Part shown: piece by piece, positions 37,462 to 50,800 of the stretch | How the letters are laid out: each line of letters opens with the position of its first letter | How positions within the stretch are numbered: the first letter of the stretch is position 1 | NCBI GenBank assembly: GCA_026770705.1 | Contig: JANJGN010000052.1 | Coordinates: 1,302,001-1,366,000 of the forward strand | DNA: 64,000 bases | From: Isurus oxyrinchus | Taxonomy: Eukaryota | Reading direction: 5' to 3' | Made by a program: the position numbers and the translations under genes | The notes under the pieces: model-generated | Database searches by the model: none | What the model saw: the letters and a program-made list of their open reading frames with translations, nothing else | Told to the model about the DNA's origin: nothing

Positions 37462-39530
37462 TTTTTATTCATTCACTGTCACTGGCTAGGCCAGAATTTA
37501 TTGCCCATCCCTAATTGTCCTTGAGAATATGGGGGTGAGCTGTCTTCTTGAGCTGCTGCAGTCCCTGTGGTGTATGTACACCCACAGAACTGTTTGGGAG
37601 GGAGTTGCAGGATTCTGACCCAGCGACAGTGAAGGAACGGTGATATATTTCCAAGTCAGGATGGTGAGTGACTTGGAGGGGAACTTCCAGGTGGTGGTGT
37701 TCCCATGTGTCTGCTGCCCTTGTCCTTCTAGATGTTAGTGATCATGTGTTTGGAAGGTGCTGTCTAAGGAGGCTTGGTGACTCCCTGCGTTGCATCTTGT
37801 AGATGGTACACACACTGCTGCCACTGTGCGTCAGTTGTAGAGGGAGAAAACGTTTGTGGACGGGGCGCAAATCAAGCGGGGCTGCTTTGTCCTGGACGGT
37901 GTCGAGCTTCTTGAGTGTTGTTGGAGCTGGACACATCTAGGAAAGTGGAGAGTATTCCATCACTTCTGACCTATGCCTTGAGGTTGATGGACAGGCTTTG
38001 GGGAGTCAGGAGGCGAGTTACTCACCACAGGATTCCCAGGCTCTGGCCTGCTCTTATAGTCACAGTGTTTATATGGCTAGTACAGTTCAGTTTCTAGTCA
38101 TTGGTAACCCCCAGAGTGTTGATAGTGTGGGATTCAGCAATGGTGATGCCATTGGACATTAAGGGGAGATGGATATATTCTCTCTGGTTGGAGATGGTCA
38201 TTGCCTGGCACTTGTGTGGCATGAATGTTACTTGCCACTTGTCAGGCCAAGCCTGGATATTGTCCAGGTCTTGCTGCATTTGGACATGGACTGCTTCAGT
38301 ATCTGATGAGTCATGAATGATGTTGAACGTTGTGCAATCATCAGTGACCATCCATAATTCTGACCATCTGATAGAATGAATGTCATTGCTGAAGCAGCTG
38401 AAGATGGTTGGGCCTAGGACACTACCCTGAGCAACTCCTGCAGTGATGTCCTGGAACTGAGATGACTGACCTCCAACAACCACAACCACCTTCCTTTGTA
38501 CTTGGTATGAATCCAACGAGTGGAGAGTTTTCCCTGTGACATGACATGGCAGATGATGTGTGCTTGGTGCTCCAAATCCACAAGGGAAAATTGGTCATGC
38601 TATCACAATAGTTTGCAATTTGTATTTATTACAAGATGCGTGCACTGAATTCTGGAGTAATGAGTTGACCACAACCTTTAGAGATTTTAAAAATTTGATT
38701 AGGATATTTATTAACAAAATAAAAGATTTCAAGCACAGACATAATACCACGGTTAGTTACAACTAAAATAAATTCTCAAATTCCTAATTAACCTGACTCC
38801 CAGTTACAGAGCCCGTTTAAGGCAACAGTCCAAAATACAATTTTAGATTAAAAACAAAATCAGCGAGTTAACACAGCACACACTTGACACTGGAAATCCA
38901 AATGGATTTCTCCAACTTTATTTACTGAACATAACAGACTTATGCACAAATGCCTGGAGGCTTCTTCAAGCCTGTTTCACACACTCCTGTTAGATCTTAC
39001 ATGGCCCCCAACATAGCCTTTCATTCTCCTTTATAAATGTTTCTCACTCTTTGATGTGTAAATTCTTTGGAACTGTACATTTCCCATAATATAAACTTTC
39101 TTGTTGCCAATATTGTCAATGAAGTTTGGGTAAAATTAAAAAAAAACTCCTTAGCTTTGCTTATTGGGCTTGTCCTAAACAGAACGACATCCCTTTGAAA
39201 TCTAAACAACCCCTTCACACCTTACATGCTAAGGCAGCCTCCATGTGTTCTCATTAGCATTTCAAGTACATTTCTACATCTAGCTTCTTTTGATAATCTC
39301 AAGCTTGCAGTCTACCTGACTCCAGGTGTAATTAAAACACACAGACAGACCCATCTACACTCACACCCATAAACCTAGTTTACAACAAACCAGGAAAATA
39401 TTATGCAAATTATTATACTTTCGTACCACCACTGATTCCCATTGACTCCAGTTATGCTCGGGCTCCTAGATGCCAAACTCGGTCAAATGCAGCCTTGATG
39501 TCAAAGGCAGTCACTCTCACCTCACCTTGT
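37462..39530 (-). mobile_element. CR1-group LINE 3' portion with a nested ~0.9-kb LTR-like insert (about 38536-39427), in the 3' flank of gene A
   Basis: GVAQGSVLGPTIFSCF..DD..MQQDLDNIQAWPDKWQVTF RT motifs. Confidence 0.7.
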
Positions 39531-39721
39531 ATTAACAGATGTAAAATTATACATAATTCATAAGCTTCTCACAATCTTTTACAGCATGGAAAAAGGTGCA
39601 GCATTCAGAAAGCTCACTCAGAACAGATTTAAAAAAAAGTTGAGCAACATCATATTTGTGTTCATTACTATTTGGCCATGTTGGCTGCACACACCCCACA
39701 GCCCCACTCCCTGTTTCACAC

Positions 39722-39970
39722 TCAGTTTTTCTGGAACCTGATCTGTGCGTATTCCGTGTCCTCGCTCCTATGCACAGTCCTGTCACCGCCGGGCAGCTTT
39801 GAAAAGTTGATGTTGGCATAGAAAAGCTCGTCGGGTTTGTCAGGGTTCCCATGTCCAACATCGCCTCCCACTGGACCTTCAGAGAGATCCCGGGGAGCTG
39901 GGGTCTCCCCCTCACTAGTTGTGTCTCTGGTTGTGTTCCGGGGCTCAGTAATCAGCACGTTCTGTTTACC
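39722..39970 (-). CDS. Gene A last exon, with ITIM (LFYANI) and ITSM-like motif (TEYAQI)
   Basis: tttctctgtag acceptor, phase 0, 249 nt including TGA; motif order matches CD33-related Siglec tails. Confidence 0.9.
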   Translation of the reverse strand, partial: GKQNVLITEPRNTTRDTTSEGETPAPRDLSEGPVGGDVGHGNPDKPDELFYANINFSKLPGGDRTVHRSEDTEYAQIRFQKN

Positions 39971-42900
39971 CTACAGAGAAATGGAAACAGAAGACATCCT
40001 CACATCATTTACTGGCACTGATAGGGTTAAATTATTGTGCAGCCTCATTAGTGTCAGTCGTGTCTCAGTGGGTTTAAGCCTTTTTTTCACTCTCTTTCTC
40101 TGTCTCTCTTTCTCTCGCTTTCTCTCTCTCTTTATAATTTAATCTCTATCGCACTCCAACAGTGCAGCACTCCCTCAATACTGACCCTCTGACAGTGCAG
40201 CACTCCCTCAGTACTGACCCTCTGACAGTGCAGCACTCCCTCAATACTGACCCACTGACAGTGCAGCACTACCTCAGTACTGACCCTCTGACAGTGCAGC
40301 ACTCCCTCAGTACTGACCCTCTGACAGTGCAGCACTCCCTCAGTACTGACCCTCTGACAGTGCAGCACTCCCTCAGTACTGACTCTCTGACAGTGCAGCA
40401 CTCCCTCAGTACTGAACCTCTGAAAGTGCAGCACTCCCTCACTACTGACCCTCCGACAGTGCAGCACTCCCTCAGTACTGACCCTCTGACAGTGCAGCAC
40501 TCCCTCAATACTGACCCTCTGACAGTGCAGCACTCCCTCAATACTGACCCTCTGACAGTGCAGCACTCCCTCAATACTGACCCTCTGACAGTGCAGCACT
40601 CCCTCAGTACTGACCCTCTGACAGTGCAGCACTCCCTCAGTACTGACCCTCTGACAGTGCAGCACTCCCTCAGTACTGACCCTCTGACAGTGCAGCACTC
40701 CCTCAATACTGACCCTCTGACAGTGCAGCACTCCCTCAGTACTGACCCTCTGACAGTGCAGCCCTCCCTCAGCACTGACCCTCTGACAGTGCAGCACTCC
40801 CTCACTACTGACTCTCTGACAGTGCAGCACTCCCTCAGTACTGACCCTCTGACAGTGCAGCCCTCCCTCAGCACTGACCCTCTGACAGTGCAGCACTCCC
40901 TCACTACTGACTCTCTGACAGTGCAGCACTCCCTCAGTACTGACCCTCTGACAGTGCAGCACTCCCTCAGCACTGACCCTCTGACAGTGTAGCACTCCCT
41001 CACTACTGACCCTCTGACAGTGCAGCACTCCCTCAGTACTGACCCTCTAACAGTGCAGCACTCCCTCAGTACTGACCCTCCGACAGTGCAGCACTCCCTC
41101 AGTACTGACCCTCTGACAGTGCAGCACTCCCTCAGTACTGACCCTCTGACAGTGCAGAACTACCTCAATACTGACCCTCTGACAGTGCAGCACACCCTCA
41201 CTACTGACCCTCTGACAGTGCAGCACTCCCGGAATACTGACCCTCTGACAGTGCAGCACTCCCAAAATACTGACCGTCTGACAGTGCAGCACTCCCTCAC
41301 TACTGACCCTCCGACAGTGCAGCACTCCCTCAGTACTGACTCTCTGACAGTCCAGCAATCCCTCAGTACTGACCCGCTGACAGTGCAGCAGTTCCTCAGT
41401 ACTGATCATCCGACAGTGCAGCACTCCCTCAGTACTGACCCTCCGACAGTGCAGCACTCCCTCAGTAATGACACTCTGACAGTGCACAACTCCCTCAGTA
41501 CTGACCCTCCAACAGTGCAGCACTCCCTCACTACTGACCCTCCGACAGTGCAGTACTCCCTCAGTACTGACCCTCTGACAGTGCAGCACTCCCTCAGTAA
41601 TGACCATCTGACAGTCCCGCACTCCCTCAGTACTGACCCTCTGACAGTGCAGCACTCCCTCAGTGCTGACCCTCCGACAGTGCAGCACTCCCTCAGTACT
41701 GACACTCTGACATTGCAGCACTCCCTCACTACTGACCCTCTGACAGTGCAGCACTCCCTCAGTACTGACCCTCTGACAGTGCAGCACTCCCTCACTACTG
41801 ACCCTCTGACAGTGCAGCACTTCCTCAGTACTGACCCTCTGACAGTGCAGCACTCCCGCAGTACCGACCCTCCGACAGTGCAGCACTTCCTCAGTACTGA
41901 CCCTCTGACAGTGCAGCACTCCCGCAGTACCGACCCTCCGACAGTGCAGCACTCCCTCAATACTGACCCTCTGACAGTGCAGCACTCCCTCAATACTGAC
42001 CCTCTGACAGTGCAGCACTCCCTCATTACTGACCCTCTGACAGTGCAGCACTCCCTCAGTACTGACCCTCTGACAGTGCAGCACTCCCTCAGTACTGACC
42101 CTCTGACAGTGCAGCACTCCCAGAATACTGACCCTCTGACAGTGCAGCACTTCCTCACTACTGACCCTCCGACAGTGCAGCACTCCCTCAGTACTGACTC
42201 TCTGACAGTCCAGCACTCCCTCAGTACTGACCCGCTGACAGTGCAGCACTTCCTCAGTACTGATCATCCGACAGTGCAGCACTCCCTCAGTACTGACCCT
42301 CCGACAGTGCAGCACTCCCTCAGTAATGACACTCTGACAGTGCACAACTCCCTCAGTACTGACCCTCCGACAGTGCAGCACTCCCTCACTACTGACCCTC
42401 CGACAGTGCAGTACTGCCTCAGTACTGACCCACTGACAGTGCAGCACTCCCTCAGTAATGACCATCTGACAGTCCCGCACTCCCTCAGTACTGACCCTCT
42501 GACAGTGCAGCACTCCCTCAGTGCTGACCCTCCGACAGTGCAACACTCCCTCAGTACTGACGCTCTGACAGTGCAACACTCCCTCAGTACTGACCCTCCG
42601 ACAGTGCAGCACTCCCTCAGTACTGATCCTCTGACAGTGCAACACACCCTCAGTACTGACCCTCCGACAGTGCAGCACTCCCTCAGTACTGACACTCTGA
42701 CAGTGCAGCACTCCCTCAGTACTGACCCTCCGACAGTGCAGCACTCCCTCAGTACTGACACTCTGACATTGCAGCACTCCCTCAGTACTGACCCTCTGAC
42801 AGTGTAGCACTCCCTCAGTTCTGACATCAGGTGCCTTGTCATTAATGTGTTCAGGTTTCTGGTCAAAGAGCGAGTGATGGAGGGAGACAGAGGCTGGGAG

Positions 42901-45900
42901 CGAGAGACAGTGCTGACCACTGAGCCATTGCTGACTTCACAAGGAGATATCTGTGTGTAACCCGGCTGAGAATCTGGTATATGTGTTGTGTACACACTGA
43001 GGTTGAAGCTTTGGAGTGAGTGTAAACAGCTCCTGTACCTGGTGCTTCACAGAGAGTGGACTGGGGGTCAATGCAATGTCACTGGTCCCTGAAACTCTCT
43101 CCTCCATCGCTGTCTTTCTCCTGCAATAACACAATATCACACTGTGGTTATCATATAGCAGAGAGTCAGTGCAGCACAGACACAGAGCCCACTGTAACCT
43201 TACACCAACGACTGGACTGTCTCTAGTTCCAATAAGGGGTATCAGCGTGACATCACTATAATGGAAGTGTGTCATGTGATCCAATCTTAGTTTCACTTTT
43301 GCTTTGAGCAGAGCACACACTCACAGCTCTGATGCCTTCAATCTTTATCCGTATGTATAACTGTTCTCGTGCCGAGTCTTGATAAACAAACCGACAACAT
43401 TCTCACCCAAACCCTGTGAGCGATTGGTGCTTTGTTTCTTGTACAGTAAATAAGCCCAAGGTATAATATCATTATAATAACACGCCATATCTTTGACCCG
43501 CCCTCCACCCCTGCACTTCCCCCCATAGCCCTTCAAATGTTCCCCCTTCAAGTATTTATTCATTTACCCTTTTGAAAGTTCCTATTGAATCTGCTTCCAG
43601 CGCCCTTTCAGGCAGCACCTTCCAGATCACAGCAACTGATTATTATTCATCTGGATAACGGGCAATGAAAAACACTCTCTGGATCATAAGGGACAAAGTG
43701 ACCAGTTTCGGAGAGGCACCTGGCGCTTAACACAAGGGAAACAATCACCGACTTCAGGAAAGAACATTGAAGCAAATATCAATCCAGGAGTAATCGTGCA
43801 GAGTGAGGAATCTCTGGGTCTCGTGATCGTTTACCTGGATACAGGACAATGAAAGGTTCTCTCCGGATCAGAGTGGACACAGGGATCACTTACGGAGAGG
43901 GACCTGGTGCTGATCCCAAGGGAAACAATCACCGACTTAAGGAAAGAACATTGAAGCAAATGTTTATATTAAAATCAAGTTAAATCTTCAGACTTACTTT
44001 CTCACACAGATGAAGATGAAGATTCCAGCCAGGAAAACACTCAACATGATCCCAGCCGTGAACAATCCTACTGTCCATTTACTGGAGTCTCTACCTGTAA
44101 AAACAGCCATTAGTTACTGCACTACAGGTTTACAATGATGCTCCGATGTATCTCGAGAAGCGATACACTCACTCAATGTTCAAATACTCATTCTCGGGCA
44201 ATGCTGACATTTATTGTCCATCCCTAGTTTCCCCTTGAGAAGGTGGTGGGGGGTCTTCCTCCTGAACCACTGGTTTGTCCCAAACTGGGAGACCAGTTCA
44301 GAGGGCAGGTGTGAGTTAACCATGTTGGTGTCTGAGACTGGAGTCACATCCACATCGAGACATGCTTCCCTCCCTAAAGGGTATGTAGTCTCTACACATG
44401 TAACAACCAACCTCACTGAAATAATCAACTATCAGGTCATTATCACACGGTGGTTTGCGGGATCTTGCTGTGCACAAATCAGTACCTGTGTTTCCTACAT
44501 TACAAAAGTGTGCTCACTTCGATAATGCTTCATTGGCTGTTGAATGTTTAGTAATTTCTAAGCAATTTATGAATACAGGTATTGCATTTCAAAGTAATCC
44601 ATGTAACATTTATATATAATATTTATCAATTAAAGAATGAGAAGTTCAGCAATTAAAAGGGTTGTTCAGGACAGTTAGAGAGAGAAAGGTCATCAAGTAC
44701 GGAGATTGGAAACGAAGACCTGACAGCCTTGTCCTGACAACCATTGAAGGAGAAACTGAGAGCAAAAACAGAAAGGGAGAGGAAAAATTGGATGTGTGGA
44801 TAACGTGGACTGAGTGAGGATTGAAGAAAACTGGATTAAAAACAACACGATCCCAATGGCTCCACGGAGACCACGGAGACAACAAACAAACAAATGTATC
44901 TCCACACTCACATTCCACAGTGATGGTTATGAACCCCTCCACTGCTCCATGTTCATTCTCTGCCACACACTGATAGTCTCCAGTGTCCCTGGATGTAACG
45001 TGAGGAATCACCAACCACAGCTCATTGTTGGAACCTGTTCTGTTCATTGGGACATTAAGATGTCGCCACGTCAGGTTAGAAGCTGGGAAGCTCTCGACAG
45101 AGCAGATTATCACTGCAGAATTCCCCTCAATTATATTGATCGATGAAGCGTTAATCATATCAAGAGAAGTAAATGAGAGATCCTGTGGAGCATCTAAGAA
45201 CAAATCAAGTGTTTAATGTGAGCAAGCACAGTTTACAGCAAGACTCCATGCATTATCTCTCTGTATCTGATGTCTGTATGCATAGCCAGGTCCCTCCACT
45301 CCATATAACTTCCACTGTCAAATTTATAATGGGCACTGCCTATGTAAACAGTCAAACTGCAGTTACATTCTCCCACCAGTAGAGGTGCTGTCCACCTAGA
45401 ATGAAAGGAATTTGCTTTCACATCCTCAGGATGTCCCCAAGGGCTTGACAGGCAATGATTGTATTTGATCAATGGAGCACTGAGGGGTAAATATACAATT
45501 CTCTGTTCAGGAGGTTGCTCATCCAATTCAGGGACTTGTTGATCTGTAGTTTACCTTCGTTCCATCCAGAATTGGAGCTGATACCGAGACTCCAGTGCAG
45601 TGAGTGCTTGTGTGTGCATGTGGGTGTGCATTTGTGTATATGTGTTCAAATCTGAGAGAGATGTTGAATTCTGTGTACACTCACATTCCACAGTGATGGT
45701 TATGAACCCCTCCACTGCTCCATGTTCATTCTCTGCCACACACTGATAGTCTCCAGTGTCCCTGGATGTAACGTGAGGAATCACCAACCACAGCTCATTG
45801 TTGGAACTTGTTCTGTTCATTTGGACATTAAGATGTCGCCACGTCAGGTTAGAAGCTGGGAAGCTCTCGACAGAGCAGATTATCACTGCAGAATTCCCCT

Positions 45901-46684
45901 CAATTATATTGATCGATGAAACGTTAATCATATCCAGAGAAGTAATTAAGAGATTCCGTGGTGTGTCTAAAAATAAATAAAGATTTTAATGTGAGCAAGC
46001 ATAGTGCGCAGCAAGACTCCATGCATCATCTCTCTGTATCTGATGTTGGAATGCCTTTCCAGGTACCTTCCCTCATGAAAAATTACTGTCACATTTATAA
46101 TAGGCATTTCCTATGTAAACTGTCACACTGCAGTTGCATTCTCCCACCAGTAGAGTTGCTGTCCATCTAGAATGAAAGAAACATCGTTTAACACTCTCAA
46201 GATGCCCCCAAGGGATTGAAAGCCATTGAATTGTATTTGATTGATGGAGCACTGAGGGGTAAATCTACCATTCTCTGTTCAGGAGGTTGCTCATCCAATT
46301 CAGGGTCTTGTTGATCTGGAGTTTACCTTCCTTCAACACAGAATCGAAGCTGATACCGAGACTCCAGTGCGGCCCTGAGAGAGAAGAGGGACCTCACACG
46401 TGTTTATGTGTACGTGTTTGTGTTTGTACATATGTGAGTATGTTTGTGTGAGTAAATGCATGCATGTGTCTGTGTGTGCATGTATGTGTTTGCGCATATG
46501 TGAGTGTGTCTTTGTGTATATTTCTGTGCATGAGTGAATGTGTGTACATGTGTATGTGTATGTGTGTGCATGTGTGAGTGTGTGTGTGTGAGTTGAGTGT
46601 GTGTATGTTTCTGTGTATATTTTTGCACGCGTATGTTTGTGTGTGTAAATGTGCATGTATGTGTCTACACGAGTGCATGTTGTG

Positions 46685-46730
<46 letters not shown>

Positions 46731-47751
46731 AGTGATGTTGAAGTTTGCATTAACTCACATTCCACAGTGATGGTTATGAATCCCTCCACTGCTCCATGTT
46801 CATTCTCTGCCACACACTGATAGTGTCCAGTGGCCCTGGATGTAACGTGAGGAATCACCAACCACAGCTCATTGTTGGAACTTGTTCTGTTCATTGGGAC
46901 ATTAAGATGTCGCCACGTCAGGTTAGAAGCTGGGAAGCTCTCGACAGAGCAGATTATCACTGCAGAATTCCCCTCAATTATATTGATCGATGAAGCGTTA
47001 ATCATACCAAGAGAAGTAATTGAGAGATTCCGTGGTGCATCTAAAAACATAGAAAGATTTTAACGTGAGCAAATATAGTGCACAGCAAGACTCCATGCAT
47101 CATCTCTCTGTATCTGATGTCTGAATGCATTTCCAGGTAACTTCCCTCACGATAAGGTCTTATGGCACATTTATAATTGACACTGCCTATGTAAACTGTC
47201 ACACTGCAGTTGCATTCTCCCACCAGTAGAGGTGTTGTCCATCTAGAATGAAAGAAGCTTGCTTTCACATCCTCAGGATTTCGCAAAGGTTTTGAGAGGC
47301 AATGAATTGCATTTGATCGATGGAGTACTGAGGTCTATATCTACATTTCTCTGTTCAGGAGGTTGCTCATCCAATTCAGGGTCTTATTGATTTGGAGTTT
47401 ACCTTCTTTCAACACAGAATCGGAGATGACACCGAGACTCCAGTGCAGCACTGAGAGAGGACACGGAACTCACATGTGTGTATGTGTTTGTTTGTGTTTG
47501 TGTTTCTGCACAAGTGTGTGTGCTTGTGTGTGTATGCACACATGTATCTGTGTGTGCGCATGCACGCATGTCTGTGTGTCTATGTCTGTCCATGAGTGAG
47601 AGTACGTGTATGTGTGTGTCTTTGTGTGGGCATGAATATGTGTGTGTGTTTGAGATGGGTGTGTATTTTCCTGTGTATGTGTTTGTACGTGTATGACTGT
47701 CTGTGTATACTTATGCATGTGTATGCTTACACATGTGTGTGCGTGTGTGTA

Positions 47752-47812
<61 letters not shown>

Positions 47813-50800
47813 TGTTGAAGTTTGCAGTAACTCACGTTCCACAGTGATGGTTATGAACCCCTCCACTGCTCCATGTTCATTCTCTGCCACACACTGATAG
47901 TCTCCAGTGTCCCTGGATGTAACGTGAGGAATCACCAACCACAGCTCATTGTTGGAACTTGTTCTGTTCATTGGGACATTAAGATGTCGCCACGTCAGGT
48001 TAGAAGCTGGGAAGCTCTCGACAGAGCAGATTATCACTGCAGAATTCCCCTCAATTATATTGATCCATGAAGTGTTAATCATATCAAGAGAAGTAATTGA
48101 TAGGTTCCGTGGTGCATCTAAATACAAATAAAGGTTTCATTGTGAGCAAACACAGTGCACAGCAAGACTCCATGATACATCTCTCTCTATTTGGTGTCTA
48201 TGTGCATTTCCAGGGTTCTTTCCTGTTTTAAGTTCCTATGTCAACTTTTATAATGGTCACTGCCGGCGTTTTTCTTTTTGCACATTCATGGGAAGTGGCT
48301 GTATCTATCTAGACCAGCATTTATTACCCATCCCTAATTGCCCTTGAGGAAGTGGTGGTGAGTTTTTCACCCCACAGAATTCCCAGCCTCTGACCGGCTC
48401 CTGTAGCCACAGTATTTATGGCCGGTCCAGTTAGTTGTTTGGTTAACATCCCCCAGGATGTTGATCGTGGGGGATTCAGTGATGGGAAAGTGATTGAATA
48501 TCAAGGAGAGATGGTTAGATTCTCTCTTGTTGGAGATGATCACTGCCTGGTGCTTGTGTGGTGTGAACATTACTTGTCATTTCTCAGCCCAAGCTGAGTG
48601 TTGTTGAGCTCTTGCTGCGTGTGGATATGTAAACTGTCACGCTGTAATTACAGAGATAAAAACAAAAAAACTGCGGATGCTGGAAATCCAAAACAAAAAC
48701 AGAATTACCTGGAAAAACTCAGCAGGTCTGGCAGCATCGGCGGAGAAGAAAAGAGTTGACGTTTCGAGTCTTCATGACCCTTCGACAGAACTTGAGTTCG
48801 AGTCCAAGAAAGAGTTGAAATATAAGCTGGTTTAAGGTGTGTGTGTGGGGGGGCGGAGAGATAGAGAGAGAGAGAGGGGTGGAGTGGGGGTGTGGTTGTA
48901 GGGACAAACAAGCAGTGATAGAAGCAGATCATCAAAAGATGTCAACAACAATAGAACAAAAGAACACATAGGTGTTAAAGTTAAAGTTGGTGATATTATC
49001 TAAACAAATGTGCTAATTAAGAATGGATGGTAGGGCACTCAAAGTATAGCTCTAGTGGGGGTGGGGAGAGCATAAAAGATTTTAAGATATTTAAAAATAA
49101 TGGAAATAGGTGGGAAAAGAAAAATCTATACAATTTATTGGAAAAAAAAGGCAGGGGGAAACAGAAAGGGGGTGGGGATGGGGGAGGGAGCTCACGACCT
49201 AAAGTTGTTGAATTCAGTATTCAGTCCGGAAGGCTGTAAAGTGCCTAGTCGGAAGATGAGGTGCTGTTCCTCCAGTTTGCGTTGGGCTTCACTGGAACAA
49301 TGCAGCAAGCCAAGGACAGACATGTGGGCATGAGAGCAGGGTGGAGTGTTAAAATGACAAGCGACAGGGAGGTCTGGGTCATTCTTGCGGACAGACCGCA
49401 GGTGTTCTGCAAAGCGGTCGCCCAGTTTACGTTTGGTCTCTCCAATGTAGGGGAGACCACATTGGGAGCAACGAATGCAGTAGACTAAGTTGGGGGAAAT
49501 GCAAGTGAAATGCTGCTTCACTTGAAAGGAGTGTTTGGGCCCTTGGACGGTGAGGAGAGAGGAAGTGAAGGGGCAGGTGTTACATCTTTTGCGTGGGCAT
49601 GGGGTGGTGCCATAGGAGGGGGTTGAGGAGTAGGGGGTGATGGAGGAGTGGACCAGGGTGTCCCGGAGGGAGCGATCCCTACGGAATGCCGACAGCGGCG
49701 GGGGGGTGAAGGGAAGATGTGTTTGGTGGTGGCATCATGCTGGAGTTGGCGGAAATGGCGCAGGATGATCCTTTGAATGCGGAGGCTGGTGGGGTGATAA
49801 GTGAGGACAAGGGGGACCCTATCATGTTTCTGGGAGGGAGGAGAAGGCGTGAGGGCGGATGCGCGGGAGATGGGCCGGACACGGTTGAGGGCCCTGTCAA
49901 CGACCGTGGGTGGAAAACCTCGGTTAAGGAAGAAGGAGGACATGTCAGTGGAACTGTTTTTGAAGGTGGCATCATCGGAACAGATGCAACAGAGGCGAAG
50001 GAACCCTCATCTCCTCAACCCCCTCCTATGGCACCACCCCATGCCCACGTAAAAGATGCAACACCTGCCCCTTCAGTTCCTCTCTCCTCACCGTCCAAGG
50101 GCCCAAACACTCCTTTCAAGTGACGCAGCATTTCACTTGCATTTCCCCCAACTTAGTCTACTGCATTCGTTGCTCCCAATGTGGTCTCCTCTACATTGGA
50201 GAGACCAAACGCTGACTGGGCGACCGCTTTGCAGAACACCTGCGGTCTGTCCGCAAGAATGACCCAAACCTCCCTGTCGCTTGCCATTTTAACACTCCAC
50301 CCTGCTCTCTTGCCCACATGTCTGTCCTTGGCTTGCTGCATTGTTCCAGTGAAGCCCAACGCAAACTGGAGGAACAACACCTCATCTTCCTTCTAGGCAC
50401 TTTACAGCCTTCCAGACTGAATATTGAGTTCAACAACTTTAGGTCGTGAGCTCCCTCCCCCATCCCCACCCCCTTTCTGTTACCCCCCTCCTTTTTTTTC
50501 CAATAAATTATATAGATTTTTCTTTTCCCACCTGTTTCCATTATCTTTAAATATCTTAAAATCTTTTATGCTCTCCCCACCCCCACTAGATCTGTACCTT
50601 GAGTGCCCTAACATCCATTCTTAATTAGAACATTCGTTTAGATAATATCACCAACTTCAACACCTCTGTGTTCTTTTGTTCTATTTTTGTTCTATATGTG
50701 TTCTTTTGTTCTACTGTTGTTGACATCTTTTGATGATTTGCTTCTATCACTGCTTGTTTGTCCCTACAACCACACCAACCCCCTCCACTTCTCTCTCTCT

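Noticed and set aside
40159-42818. CRISPR-like regular repeats
   Set aside because: Head-to-tail units with no unique spacers, no cas genes, and vertebrate context.
40132-42995. Long ORFs (up to 595 aa) of [11 protein letters not shown] / [11 protein letters not shown] / [11 protein letters not shown] repeats
   Set aside because: By-product of a stop-poor 33-bp satellite that is open in several frames on both strands; it lies in an intron and the same unit is scattered through the window.
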